A DNA stretch of 32,076 bases. It comes from an uncultured Atopobiaceae bacterium. Lineage in GTDB: Bacteria; Actinomycetota; Coriobacteriia; Coriobacteriales; Atopobiaceae. Shown piece by piece: positions 1-9,100 of the stretch (positions are counted from its first letter, which is position 1; each line of letters opens with the position of its first letter). The translations under genes and the position numbers were made by a program. The stretch spans positions 1 through 32,076 of the forward strand of contig CAUTGQ010000001.1 in NCBI GenBank assembly GCA_963538075.1, read 5' to 3'. A model generated the notes under the pieces. It made no database searches. It worked only from the letters and a program-made list of their open reading frames with translations, and was not told the DNA's origin.

Positions 1-2
1 GT

Positions 3-563
3 GACGTCATCGGCATTGATCACTTTGCCTACAGGCTCTTTGTTGTCCACCTTAGAACTCCCCTTCTCACTGAGATAATGGAGGGGTTCTCTGGACTTGC
101 AAGTCCTGTCACCGTTATTGTCATGCTTATTGTGGTTGCCGCGTTTGCACCAGGGCCAAGTGTTGGCAGACTCGCATCCATTAACCTTGGCGGTGTTGTT
201 ATTGTTGACCTTATCTTTAAAGCTATTGTCCAGCGCCCTCGTCCCGATGGATTTAGACTGGTAGTTGAAACCGGCTATAGCTTCCCCTCGGGCCACTCGA
301 TGTTCTCGATGGCTTTTTATGGTCTGCTTATTTGGCTTGTCTGGCATTACGAGAAAGACAAACTACAACGCTGGATTTGGTGTGGTCTTTTCTCCGCGGT
401 CATCATTATGATTGGCGTCAGCAGAATTTATCTGGGCGTACACTACGCCACCGACGTTATTGGTGGTTTCTCGCTTGCCCTTGTATGGCTGGTTCTCTTT
501 ACTAAGCTGATGATTCCATCGCTTATTTACAAGAAGAAAGTACCTCAAGCGAAGACAGACTAA
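3..563 (+). CDS. PAP2-family membrane phosphatase (undecaprenyl-PP phosphatase-like), 5' partial
   Basis: Three PAP2 motifs: KAIVQRPRP (K-x6-RP), PSGH and SRIYLGVHYATD. Hydrophobic helices. The frame is open back to the window edge (DVIGIDHFAY...). Confidence 0.9.
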   Translation, partial: DVIGIDHFAYRLFVVHLRTPLLTEIMEGFSGLASPVTVIVMLIVVAAFAPGPSVGRLASINLGGVVIVDLIFKAIVQRPRPDGFRLVVETGYSFPSGHSMFSMAFYGLLIWLVWHYEKDKLQRWIWCGLFSAVIIMIGVSRIYLGVHYATDVIGGFSLALVWLVLFTKLMIPSLIYKKKVPQAKTD

Positions 564-1020
564 TAATCTCTGCGCTGACCACCTGGGCCGATTCTTCATC
601 AACAATAATGCGTCCCATAGTTGCGCCCTCGCGACCGCGAGGATAGGTAGGACTTCCTGGATTCATTACAAGTGTATTGGTCCACTCGTCACGCTGTACA
701 AAAGGCTTATGCGTATGACCACAGATAGCAATGTTGCATTTAACCAGGTCAAGCCTCTCGCGATAATGGCATACCTGCCACTTTAAACCGGCCGCAAAGA
801 AAATAATCTTTTTCTTTACCATGGGGCCATAGTTGTAGCAAAAGTCATTATTACCCAGGCAGAGCTTTACCGGAGCAATCTTCTGGAGTGTCTGATAATC
901 AGCGTTTGAAGTGATATCCCCTGCATGCACAATGTAGTTGGCGCCCTGCAGAGCTTCAAGCAACTCAGATGACAAATACCCATGCGTATCTGAAATTACA
1001 TCAAACCTTACAAGTGCCAT
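523..1020 (-). CDS. YfcE/MJ0936-type metallophosphoesterase
   Basis: Motifs SDTHG, HAGD, GNND, GHTH and NPGS. AGGAG RBS upstream of the ATG. Confidence 0.9.
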   Translation of the reverse strand: MALVRFDVISDTHGYLSSELLEALQGANYIVHAGDITSNADYQTLQKIAPVKLCLGNNDFCYNYGPMVKKKIIFFAAGLKWQVCHYRERLDLVKCNIAICGHTHKPFVQRDEWTNTLVMNPGSPTYPRGREGATMGRIIVDEESAQVVSAEIISLSSLEVLSSCK

Positions 1021-1072
1021 ACCAAACTCCTACGTGCGATTTTAAGCCTCTGGCGAGAAACCCTTTGAGCTT

Positions 1073-1786
1073 CTACAGTCCCAGTGCTCGCTTGAGTGCA
1101 ACCACACGACGGCGAGAAACCGAAATGTGACGCTCCTCAAATCCCTGAATAGTCAACTGTAGGATACCAGCAGAGATAACCTCAACATCGTCAACATACT
1201 CAAGATTCACGATAAAGCTACGATGAATGCGGAAGAATCCGTGTGGAGCAAGGCGCTCTTCAAGTTTCTGCAGAGAAATAGTAGACAAGAAGCGATCATC
1301 TTCCGTGTAGATGCAGGAGTAATCGTCTTTTGCCTCAATAAAGCGGATCTGATCAATAGGAACAAGAACTTTGCTTCCACTCTTAATGACAGGAATACGC
1401 TCAATAGTTGCCATAGGAGACTGAGGGCGCAGGCGCTCTTCAACCTTATCAAGAGCCTGCTCAAGGCGCTCGGTCTCAACGGGCTTCATCAGGTAATCAA
1501 CGGCATTAACGCCAAAGGCATCTAGTGCATACTCGCTATATGCAGTGACAAACACAATCTGAGGAGGATTCTTCAACTTGTGAAGAGCCTCTGCAAGCTG
1601 CATTCCATTTGTCTTAGGCATAGAGATATCAAGGAACATTACCTCAACGCGAGACTCCATGAGTTTCTCGACAGCATCCCTTGCACTTGTGGCCTCAATG
1701 ATTTCCTCGAGACGGCCGGTCTCCTCAAGCAAGAACCTGAGCTCAGAACGGGCTGGAGCCTCGTCATCAACAATCATGGCACGCAT
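1073..1786 (-). CDS. LytTR-family response regulator
   Basis: Receiver motifs IVDDE, FLDI, FVTAY and YLMKP, plus LytTR motif FFRIHRSFIVN. Start set at ATG 1786 (GGGAG 9 nt upstream); 1795 is an alternative. Confidence 0.9.
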   Translation of the reverse strand: MRAMIVDDEAPARSELRFLLEETGRLEEIIEATSARDAVEKLMESRVEVMFLDISMPKTNGMQLAEALHKLKNPPQIVFVTAYSEYALDAFGVNAVDYLMKPVETERLEQALDKVEERLRPQSPMATIERIPVIKSGSKVLVPIDQIRFIEAKDDYSCIYTEDDRFLSTISLQKLEERLAPHGFFRIHRSFIVNLEYVDDVEVISAGILQLTIQGFEERHISVSRRRVVALKRALGL

Positions 1787-1837
1787 GTCATTCATCTCCC
1801 AACGACCTAACGCAGCGTTAAGCAAAACCGTGTACTA

Positions 1838-3175
1838 CTATGCTGTTGCCTGCAGAGCCGCACCTGCAAGCTTGAGCGTCACGCACGTACCCTGACCTGG
1901 CTTAGACATGATTTCCATGCCAGATCCAGCGGCGTAGAAGCGCTCGACTCGCTCAGCTACGTTCTTAATGGCAATGCCCGTGCCCCCATTTCTCCCCGAA
2001 GAATCCTGCGGGGTAGGACCTTGGCCATTAAGCAAGCGAGAAACAGTCTCTTCATCCATTCCAAGACCATCATCAGCAACAGATATAAGGATATCATCTT
2101 CGTCGCGTGCGACGTGGATGTCAATATGAAGCGCGCCTTCATCTTTCATGGCGTGCCTCACGGCATTCTCAACAATAGGTTGAATCAGAAAAGACGGAAC
2201 CTGAACGTCTTCGCATCCCTCATCGACATGCTCGGACTCTTGGATACGTTCTTCTCCAAAACGAGCCTTCTCAATTGTCAAATACCTGCGCGTTTGTGTC
2301 AATTCCTGAGAAAGCGGAATAAGTGCGCCCTGCGAACTCTCAAGCGTGCGGCGATAAAATACAGAGAACTCGCGAAGCAAGTCGCGCGCCTTATTGGGGT
2401 TTGTACGCGTAAGAGAAGCAATGGTATTAAGCGTATTGAACAAGAAGTGTGGATTAATTTGTGCTTGCAGGGCCTTGACCTCAGCTCGAGCGGTCAACTC
2501 TGCCTGGCGGTCAAGCTCGTACGAGGAAAGCTGCGTGGAGAGAAGCTCGCCCAAGCCCTCTGCGATTGCCAGCTGTGTGCGATCAATTTCAATACCGCGA
2601 CGATAATAAAGTTTGATTGTGCCGACCGTGTGATCTTGAACAATCAGCGGAACAATGATGCCAAAAGAGCTGCCGCCATTGCCAAAGCCGCCTCGTCTTT
2701 GCAGCACCTGCTGACGGCTATCTACCGAGACAAACGTCTCCATGCGGCCACTTTCCAAAACCTCAGTTGCAGGGCCAACTACCTTTGAACCAGGCATATG
2801 GGAGGTTACAATATCTCCTTCAAAACCCAATACGTACTCTGTATCAGTAATAGAGATAGCAGCAGCAGAGGTTTCTGAAAGCAATAACGTGCAGATGGTT
2901 GGTGCTGTTTCTTGTGACAATCCACCGCGTAACGTTTTAAGCGTCTTAGAAGCCACCTCAAGTGTACGCTCTGTTGCCTGAGACCGAGCGTGCTCGTTAC
3001 CCGGCTGAGTAGTGCCGCCAAAAACAATGACTGTGGCAAGTCCTCCGCCTGCAACAAGAGCGGCAAACAGGTTGTCTGCCATGACACTCCAAGAAAGCAG
3101 ACCCAGCAATACACAGGCGAGAAGAACCAGGACCACCCTGGTTGACCTCTGTATGTACTGAGCAAGTCTCTGCAT
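1838..3175 (-). CDS. LytS/YehU-type sensor histidine kinase (short N-terminal TM region, GAF-like domain, HATPase)
   Basis: H-box LQAQINPHFLFNTLN, plus QPIVENAVRHA, DDGLG and GTGIA motifs. Adjacent to the LytTR regulator. Confidence 0.9.
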   Translation of the reverse strand: MQRLAQYIQRSTRVVLVLLACVLLGLLSWSVMADNLFAALVAGGGLATVIVFGGTTQPGNEHARSQATERTLEVASKTLKTLRGGLSQETAPTICTLLLSETSAAAISITDTEYVLGFEGDIVTSHMPGSKVVGPATEVLESGRMETFVSVDSRQQVLQRRGGFGNGGSSFGIIVPLIVQDHTVGTIKLYYRRGIEIDRTQLAIAEGLGELLSTQLSSYELDRQAELTARAEVKALQAQINPHFLFNTLNTIASLTRTNPNKARDLLREFSVFYRRTLESSQGALIPLSQELTQTRRYLTIEKARFGEERIQESEHVDEGCEDVQVPSFLIQPIVENAVRHAMKDEGALHIDIHVARDEDDILISVADDGLGMDEETVSRLLNGQGPTPQDSSGRNGGTGIAIKNVAERVERFYAAGSGMEIMSKPGQGTCVTLKLAGAALQATA

Positions 3176-3181
3176 GGCTGT

Positions 3182-3805
3182 CTAGTTCTCCACAGATTCT
3201 GTAGCAGAATCCTCAGAAGCAAGCTGCTGAGGTAAAGACGAATGCTTAAGCGCGCGAGCTAAAGGAGCACCAAGCACATAGAGAACAACAGCTTCTCCAA
3301 GTCCTGTGGTAATAAAGCCAAACAAGAACATAAGAGGATATGAGCCGTCGAGCTCAATAGTGGTAAATGGAATTGTGTAGAATCCCAAGCCCTGAAGCAA
3401 AATGGGAAGATACGCAGAAACAATTACTGCATTTGCAAGCACAGGTCCTAGAAGTGCAAGTGGTACATTCTTCCTGTTTTTCCAGGTAAACCATGCACCA
3501 AGGGCAGTTGCTAAGGAGCCAAAGACTACGTCTAACAGCCCCAATGCACCTGTGCCAGAAATAACCATATTTGCAAGGTTAGCGATGACGCAACCAAGTG
3601 TCAGTCCTGGAATTGCGTCAGCAGTAAAGAGCGCAAGAACAACAACTGCCTCTGAAATGCGGAACTGCACAGGACCCCAGGCTAGACCACCCAAAAAGAG
3701 AAGAGTCGCAAGAGTAAGTGCTGCATAAAGAGCCGCAATGATACCGATACGTGCAAGGCGCTGGGCGCGCTGTTTTGTTGCATAAGCTGAAGAAACCTGT
3801 GGCAA
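3182..3805 (-). CDS. queT: QueT-family queuosine-precursor transporter (ECF S-component type)
   Basis: IAALYAALT...GPVQFRISE...IPGLTLGC.IAN...DVVFGSLAT is the QueT signature. TTG start 5 nt after AAGGGGA. Confidence 0.85.
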   Translation of the reverse strand: MPQVSSAYATKQRAQRLARIGIIAALYAALTLATLLFLGGLAWGPVQFRISEAVVVLALFTADAIPGLTLGCVIANLANMVISGTGALGLLDVVFGSLATALGAWFTWKNRKNVPLALLGPVLANAVIVSAYLPILLQGLGFYTIPFTTIELDGSYPLMFLFGFITTGLGEAVVLYVLGAPLARALKHSSLPQQLASEDSATESVEN

Positions 3806-3839
3806 AACAATCCCCTTGTTAACTCTAAAAACTTAGTTC

Positions 3840-3868
3840 ATGATACGACGAAACGCATATATGAGCAA
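3840..3868 (-). promoter_or_regulatory. putative sigma70-type promoter for queT
   Basis: TTGCTC-N17-TATCAT on the minus strand, about 35 nt upstream of the start. Confidence 0.5.
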
Positions 3869-3889
3869 ATGAGCAGCGCAGACATACAA

Positions 3890-4636
3890 TTAGTAATGCA
3901 GGTGCATTCCTGGATAGACCATCTCGCGAGCGTGCTTCTGATATGCCGCAACTGCCTCTTCCTCAAAGGCCAGAGGGGTATCCTCCTCGCCCGCCATATC
4001 CAAAATCCAACGTGTGAGGTACGGATTGAGTGGAAGCAGCGGACCAATAAGCCAGGTGGCAATAGCATTCTTGCGACGGAAGCCCTCCAACTTGCTTTCT
4101 TTATTGATGCCAAATCCAACCTTATTCTTAAGGAAGTAGCAGTTAGAGTTATCTCCCTCGGTAAGAGTGAACTGCATCTTAAAGCCCACAACAGTAAAGG
4201 GTTCTTTGCCGTTACCCGGATCAAACTCTCCCACCTGAACGTCGTGGAAGCGCTGGGGCATATAGCGAGTGGTCGTAAACTTAAATAAGCCAAGACCCTT
4301 AACCTCAGAACCATCAGGATTGACGATTTTCTCGCCAAAAAGCTCTGAAGCGTTACCGGCAAACAGCATAGGAACGCCCTGATCAGCCAGCTCAGCAAGC
4401 CTATCCTTGTAAGGCATAAGGCGAGAAATAATAAGCTCTTGCTGGGCTTCTGTCATGCCGCCCATGATAATTGCCGATGGAGTGTTGTTAACAAAGTAAG
4501 GCGTTGCTGCGTGAGAAGTGTATACGAAGTTCTCTTTTGGAAGGCAAGCTTCCAGGTAGAGAGCGTTTCCGTTATCTCCACCCTGGTTACCGTACTCTGG
4601 ATAGAGAATCTCAATCTTAGTTGCTGGATTACTCAT
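3890..4636 (-). CDS. gatD: GatD/CobQ-like class I glutamine amidotransferase-fold protein, catalytically degenerate
   Basis: LYPE..N..GD.GN N-terminus, GLG, EGFRRKN and GPLLPLNP match GatD. Overlaps the murT stop by 8 nt. Catalytic Cys and His are replaced (see findings). Confidence 0.8.
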   Translation of the reverse strand: MSNPATKIEILYPEYGNQGGDNGNALYLEACLPKENFVYTSHAATPYFVNNTPSAIIMGGMTEAQQELIISRLMPYKDRLAELADQGVPMLFAGNASELFGEKIVNPDGSEVKGLGLFKFTTTRYMPQRFHDVQVGEFDPGNGKEPFTVVGFKMQFTLTEGDNSNCYFLKNKVGFGINKESKLEGFRRKNAIATWLIGPLLPLNPYLTRWILDMAGEEDTPLAFEEEAVAAYQKHAREMVYPGMHLHY

Positions 4637-6041
4637 GGGAGGCCTCCATCTGTTTCAAGCGCTCAATGATACGGTTTCTGCTGATATCAGCAATGCCGCC
4701 GTTATAGAGGCCATGTGCATAGAAAACGTGCTGGCAAGCATTAAGATCAACCAAATTAGCTGTCTCTTCTGGAGAGTTTGCTACAAAGGTCTTAGCTGGA
4801 TCAATGCCTGCAAGCCTAAGTCTAAGCTGCAGGTCAAGCGATGTGTCACCATAAATAATTACCTGCTTAACGCTTGGATCTTGCAAGAACTCAAAGTCAG
4901 TCTGGTAGTACCAGCCAATGTACTCTGTCTGGTCCTTTGCTTTTGCCATATATGCATCGGCAATCATAATGATGATTGCCTTATCACCTGGCTGTTTACG
5001 CAGGATATCAATAGTGACGGAAGTTGCCGTGTCATTCTCGCCCTTAGAAGCCATGCTAATAAGGCGACGACCGTTGTAGTCAATCTCGTTATACCTGGAG
5101 GAAGCAATGTTAACGCGTTGCAAAGATGCAGCGATAATTGCAGGTGCAAGACCCATCTCACGTGCGGTTACAATGGCCACAAACAGGTTGTAGAGATTGA
5201 CGATAGAGTAGCTGTTGAGCTTGTACTCATATGTTGGTGCACCTTCGTGGCAATGCTCCTTGACCACAAACTTGCCAGTCTCTGGCTCTACCGAGATGAC
5301 CTCGTAATCAGGAGTTGGGTTGGTATAGCCGCACTCCTCGCAAGTTGCGTGGCCAAGATGCCTAAGGTGTGCATAATCCCACTTGAGCTTGCCACCGCAT
5401 TTGGGGCAGGCGGTAAGATCTGAAACAATGCCCACTGGCTCTGCGGTATCTTCTGCTAGCCTTGCGATGGAGTAATACGTACGATGAGTGCACTGAGGAG
5501 CAAGTCTGCAGCTAATCATGTCATCTGCGTTCAAAATCAGATGAGTTGAAGCAGGAATGCCCTTATCCATAACGTCAAACACGTAGTCTGGTGTTGCGCT
5601 ACGAGAAAATGTATCGCGGAACAAATTGGTAACAGACAAAATATCAGGCTGCAGGTAAGGGAAAATGCGAGGTCCAGAGAGCTCGTCAAACTCCATAACT
5701 GCAAGCTTAGTCTTTGACGTACCCTTCCACGTGGCGTTCTTTGCAAACGAGCTTGCAAAGCCGCTGGAAATATTGCCGCCAACGCGGTTGGTAACGGTCT
5801 GGTAGCCATTATCGGCGAGAAGATCGTTGAGCAAGTTATTGGTGGTTGTCTTGCCGTTTGTGCCGGTAATAAAGACAATCTGCTCTGGCTTAGCAATGTC
5901 TCCCAAAAATGCAGGATCAATGCCTTCAGCGATAAAGCCTGGCAGCGTTCCGCCCTCATGGTTGGTCAATTTAAGTGCTGCAAGTGTTGCTTTAGCAGCG
6001 AGAAAAGCTACAGGAAATAGTCTGCTCTTTTTTTGTGCCAC
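4629..6041 (-). CDS. murT: MurT-like Mur ligase (lipid II isoglutaminyl synthase subunit family, DUF1727-type C-terminus)
   Basis: P-loop ITGTNGKTTT, MEFDE, TNLFRD, LNADD, Zn knuckle CPKC...CEEC, and C-terminal W...DFEFL and DLQLRLRLAG. GTG start 5 nt after GGAG; ATG 6053 is an alternative. Confidence 0.85.
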   Translation of the reverse strand: MAQKKSRLFPVAFLAAKATLAALKLTNHEGGTLPGFIAEGIDPAFLGDIAKPEQIVFITGTNGKTTTNNLLNDLLADNGYQTVTNRVGGNISSGFASSFAKNATWKGTSKTKLAVMEFDELSGPRIFPYLQPDILSVTNLFRDTFSRSATPDYVFDVMDKGIPASTHLILNADDMISCRLAPQCTHRTYYSIARLAEDTAEPVGIVSDLTACPKCGGKLKWDYAHLRHLGHATCEECGYTNPTPDYEVISVEPETGKFVVKEHCHEGAPTYEYKLNSYSIVNLYNLFVAIVTAREMGLAPAIIAASLQRVNIASSRYNEIDYNGRRLISMASKGENDTATSVTIDILRKQPGDKAIIIMIADAYMAKAKDQTEYIGWYYQTDFEFLQDPSVKQVIIYGDTSLDLQLRLRLAGIDPAKTFVANSPEETANLVDLNACQHVFYAHGLYNGGIADISRNRIIERLKQMEASHE

Positions 6042-6071
6042 AGTAACTCCCATCGTGAGCAAAGTCTCTCT

Positions 6072-6100
6072 AGTTTATCACCTCGCGAGAAGGGCTTGAA
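6072..6100 (-). promoter_or_regulatory. putative promoter for murT-gatD
   Basis: TTCAAG-N17-TAAACT with TG just upstream of the -10, overlapping the inverted repeat GCGAGAAG...CTTCTCGC. Confidence 0.4.
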
Positions 6101-6132
6101 GAACACAGGGCTTCTCGCCAAAAATGTCGCAT

Positions 6133-6165
6133 AAAAAAGCCGAGCCAGGATATCCTGGCTCGGCT
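6133..6165 (-). terminator. intrinsic terminator of the PFOR gene
   Basis: Perfect 28-bp palindrome AGCCGAGCCAGGATATCCTGGCTCGGCT followed by a T-run on the minus strand, 24 nt after the stop. Confidence 0.85.
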
Positions 6166-6189
6166 GAAGCTACGTGAAAGTAAGTTGCC

Positions 6190-9100
6190 TTACTCCTCAG
6201 GCTGCTCCTTCTTCTCTGCGGCATAGAGCTCGGAGAGGCGTACAAGGTGATCGTAGCGAGCCATTGCGGCTTCCTCGTTCTCCTTGAAGAGCTTCTCTGC
6301 GTGCTCTGGGAACTCGCGGGTGAGTCGGCTGTAACGAGCCTCGTTCATCAGGAACTCCTGGTAGCCACCCTTAGGTGCCTTGGAGTCAAGCGTAAACTTC
6401 TTACCTGCAGGTGCAGCTGGGTTGAAGCGATAGAGGTTCCAGTAGCCGGTCTCGACTGCCTTCTTCATCTCCTCCTGTGCGTGAGCCATGCCGCCCTTGA
6501 TGGAGTGCATCTCGCATGGGGAGTAACCGATGATGAGGGATGGTCCTGGATAAGCCTCTGCCTCAGCAATTGCCTTGAGAGTCTGCTGGAGGTTTGCGCC
6601 CATGGAGACCTGAGCAACATAGACGTAACCGTAGGTCATAGCAATCTCAGCAAGGTTCTTCTGCTTGATGTCCTTACCAGCTGCAGCAAACTGTGCAACC
6701 TGGCCAAGACGGGAAGCCTTAGAGGACTGACCACCGGTGTTGGAGTAAACCTCAGTGTCGAAGACAAAGACGTTGATGTCCTCGCCGGAAGCAAGAACGT
6801 GGTCAAGGCCACCGAAGCCGATGTCGTATGCCCAACCGTCGCCACCGAAGATCCAGAAGGACTTCTTGGTGAGGAAGCTCTTGTTAGCAAGGATTTCCTT
6901 AGCTGCTGGAAGATCAGACTTCTCAAGCTCAACTACGAAGGTCTTAGAAGCTTCCTTGGAGAGAGCTGCGTCGTTGACGGACTCAATCCATGCCTTAGCA
7001 GCATCCTTGAGGTCCTGAGATGCGCCGTCCTCATCGACAAGCTGCTGAGCAAGCTCCAGGAGACGCTTCTGCTGTGCCTGGTGACCAAGCATCAGGCCCA
7101 TACCGTGCTCTGCATTGTCCTCAAAGAGGGAGTTGTTCCATGCTGGGCCGTGGCCGTTTGCATCGGTAGTGAATGGTGAGCAAGAAGCTGGGTTACCCCA
7201 AATGGAGGAGCAGCCGGTTGCGTTGGAGATGAACATACGATCGCCGAAGAGCTGAGTGACCAGACGGCCGTAGCTGGTCTCAGCGCAGCCTGCGCAGGAA
7301 CCAGAAAACTCAAGAAGAGGCTTCTTGAACTGGGATGCCTTGACGTTGTTAGCAACAAGCTCGGTCTTCTCGGAGACGTGGTTGACTGCATAGTCAAAGA
7401 TCTCCTGCTTGGACTCCTGCTCCTCGATTGGCTTCATGGTCAGAGCATCTGCAGGGCAGATGTAGACGCAGTTAGAACAACCGGTACAGTCGAGCTGAGA
7501 GACAGCAATCTCAAACTTGTAGCCCTTAGCCTTAGGACCAACGGCATCCTTGAACTGAGACTGTGCTGGTGCAGCAGCAACCTCTTCGTCGGTAAGGACG
7601 AATGGACGAATGACTGCGTGTGGGCAGACATAAGCGCACTGGTTACACTGAATGCACTTCTCGACGTTCCACTCAGGAACAACAACAGCAATGCCGCGCT
7701 TCTCGTAAGCAGCAGCGCCAAGCTCAAACTGGCCATCAACGTGGTTCTTAAATGCAGAAACAGGAAGTGCGTCACCCTCCATACGAGAGACTGGAGTCAT
7801 GATGTCGCGAACCTGCTTGAGCAGAGCCTCACGGCCCTCAAGGGTGATTGTGCTTGGAGCATCCTCTGCAGTAGCCCAATCAGCAGGAATCTCAATCTTA
7901 GTAAATGCAGTAGCACCAGCGTCGATTGCCTTGTGGTTCATATCAACGACGTTCTGGCCCTTCTTCAGGTAAGAGTGAGTTGCAGCATCCTTCATGTACT
8001 GAAGTGCGTCTGCCTCTGGAAGAACCTTTGCAAGAGCAAAGAATGCAGACTGAAGAATGGTGTTGGTGCGCTTGCCCATACCAATTTCCTTGGCAAGGTC
8101 AATTGCGTTGATCAGATAAACATTGATGTTGTTCTTAGCAATGTAGCGCTTTGCCTCTGCTGGCAGGTGGTGTGCAAACTCCTCTGCATCCCACTGGCAG
8201 TTGACCAGGAAGGTACCGCCAGGCTTGACGTCGCGGACCATCTTGTAGCCCTTGATGATGTATGCAGGAACGTGGCATGCAACAAAGTCTGCCTTGGTGA
8301 CATAGTAAGGAGAACGAATCTTGTGATCACCGAAGCGCAGGTGGCTGATGGTGATACCGCCGGTCTTCTTGGAGTCATACTGGAAGTATGCCTGAACATA
8401 TTTATCGGTGTGGTCACCAATAATCTTAATGGAGTTCTTGTTAGCACCAACGGTACCGTCACCGCCGATACCCCAGAACTTGCACTCAATGGTGCCCTCA
8501 GCTGCAGTGTTAGGAGCCTCTGGATCCTCTGGGAGAGACAGGTTAGTAACGTCGTCGACAATACCAACGGTGAACTCACGCTGAGGAGCATCCTTCTTGA
8601 GCTCCTCGAAGATTGCGAATGCGGATGATGGTGGGGTGTCCTTGGAACCAAGGCCGTAACGACCGCCAACAACCTTAATGCCTGTACGACCAGCCTCATA
8701 GAGGGAAGAAACAACGTCTTCGTAGAGAGGCTCACCAACGGAACCCGGCTCCTTGGTGCGGTCGAGAACAGCAATCTTCTTGACGGACTTAGGAAGAACG
8801 TCAACAAAGTGCTTTACAGAGAATGGACGATAGAGACGGACCTTAACCAGACCGACCTTCTCGCCATGAGCGTTCAGGTAGTCGATAACCTCTTCGAGGG
8901 TATCGCAGAAGGAACCCATGCAGATAACAACGCGGTCAGCGTCTTCTGCACCGTAGTAGTTGAACAGACCGTAGTCAGTACCAAGCTTAGCGTTGATCTG
9001 GTCCATGTAGTCTTCAACAACTGCTGGCAGCTGGTTATAAACCTCGTTGCATGCCTCGCGGTGCTGGAAGAAGATATCGCCGTTCTCGTGGGAACCACGG

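Noticed and set aside
3806..3889. preQ1 riboswitch upstream of queT
   Set aside because: No preQ1-type stem with an A-rich tail is recognisable, and the apparent promoter leaves too short a leader.
6247..8628. Long plus-strand ORFs (310 and 416 aa) antisense to PFOR, and similar ones opposite the LytS kinase, murT, serS and pknB
   Set aside because: These are shadow frames of strongly codon-biased genes, with no recognisable motifs.
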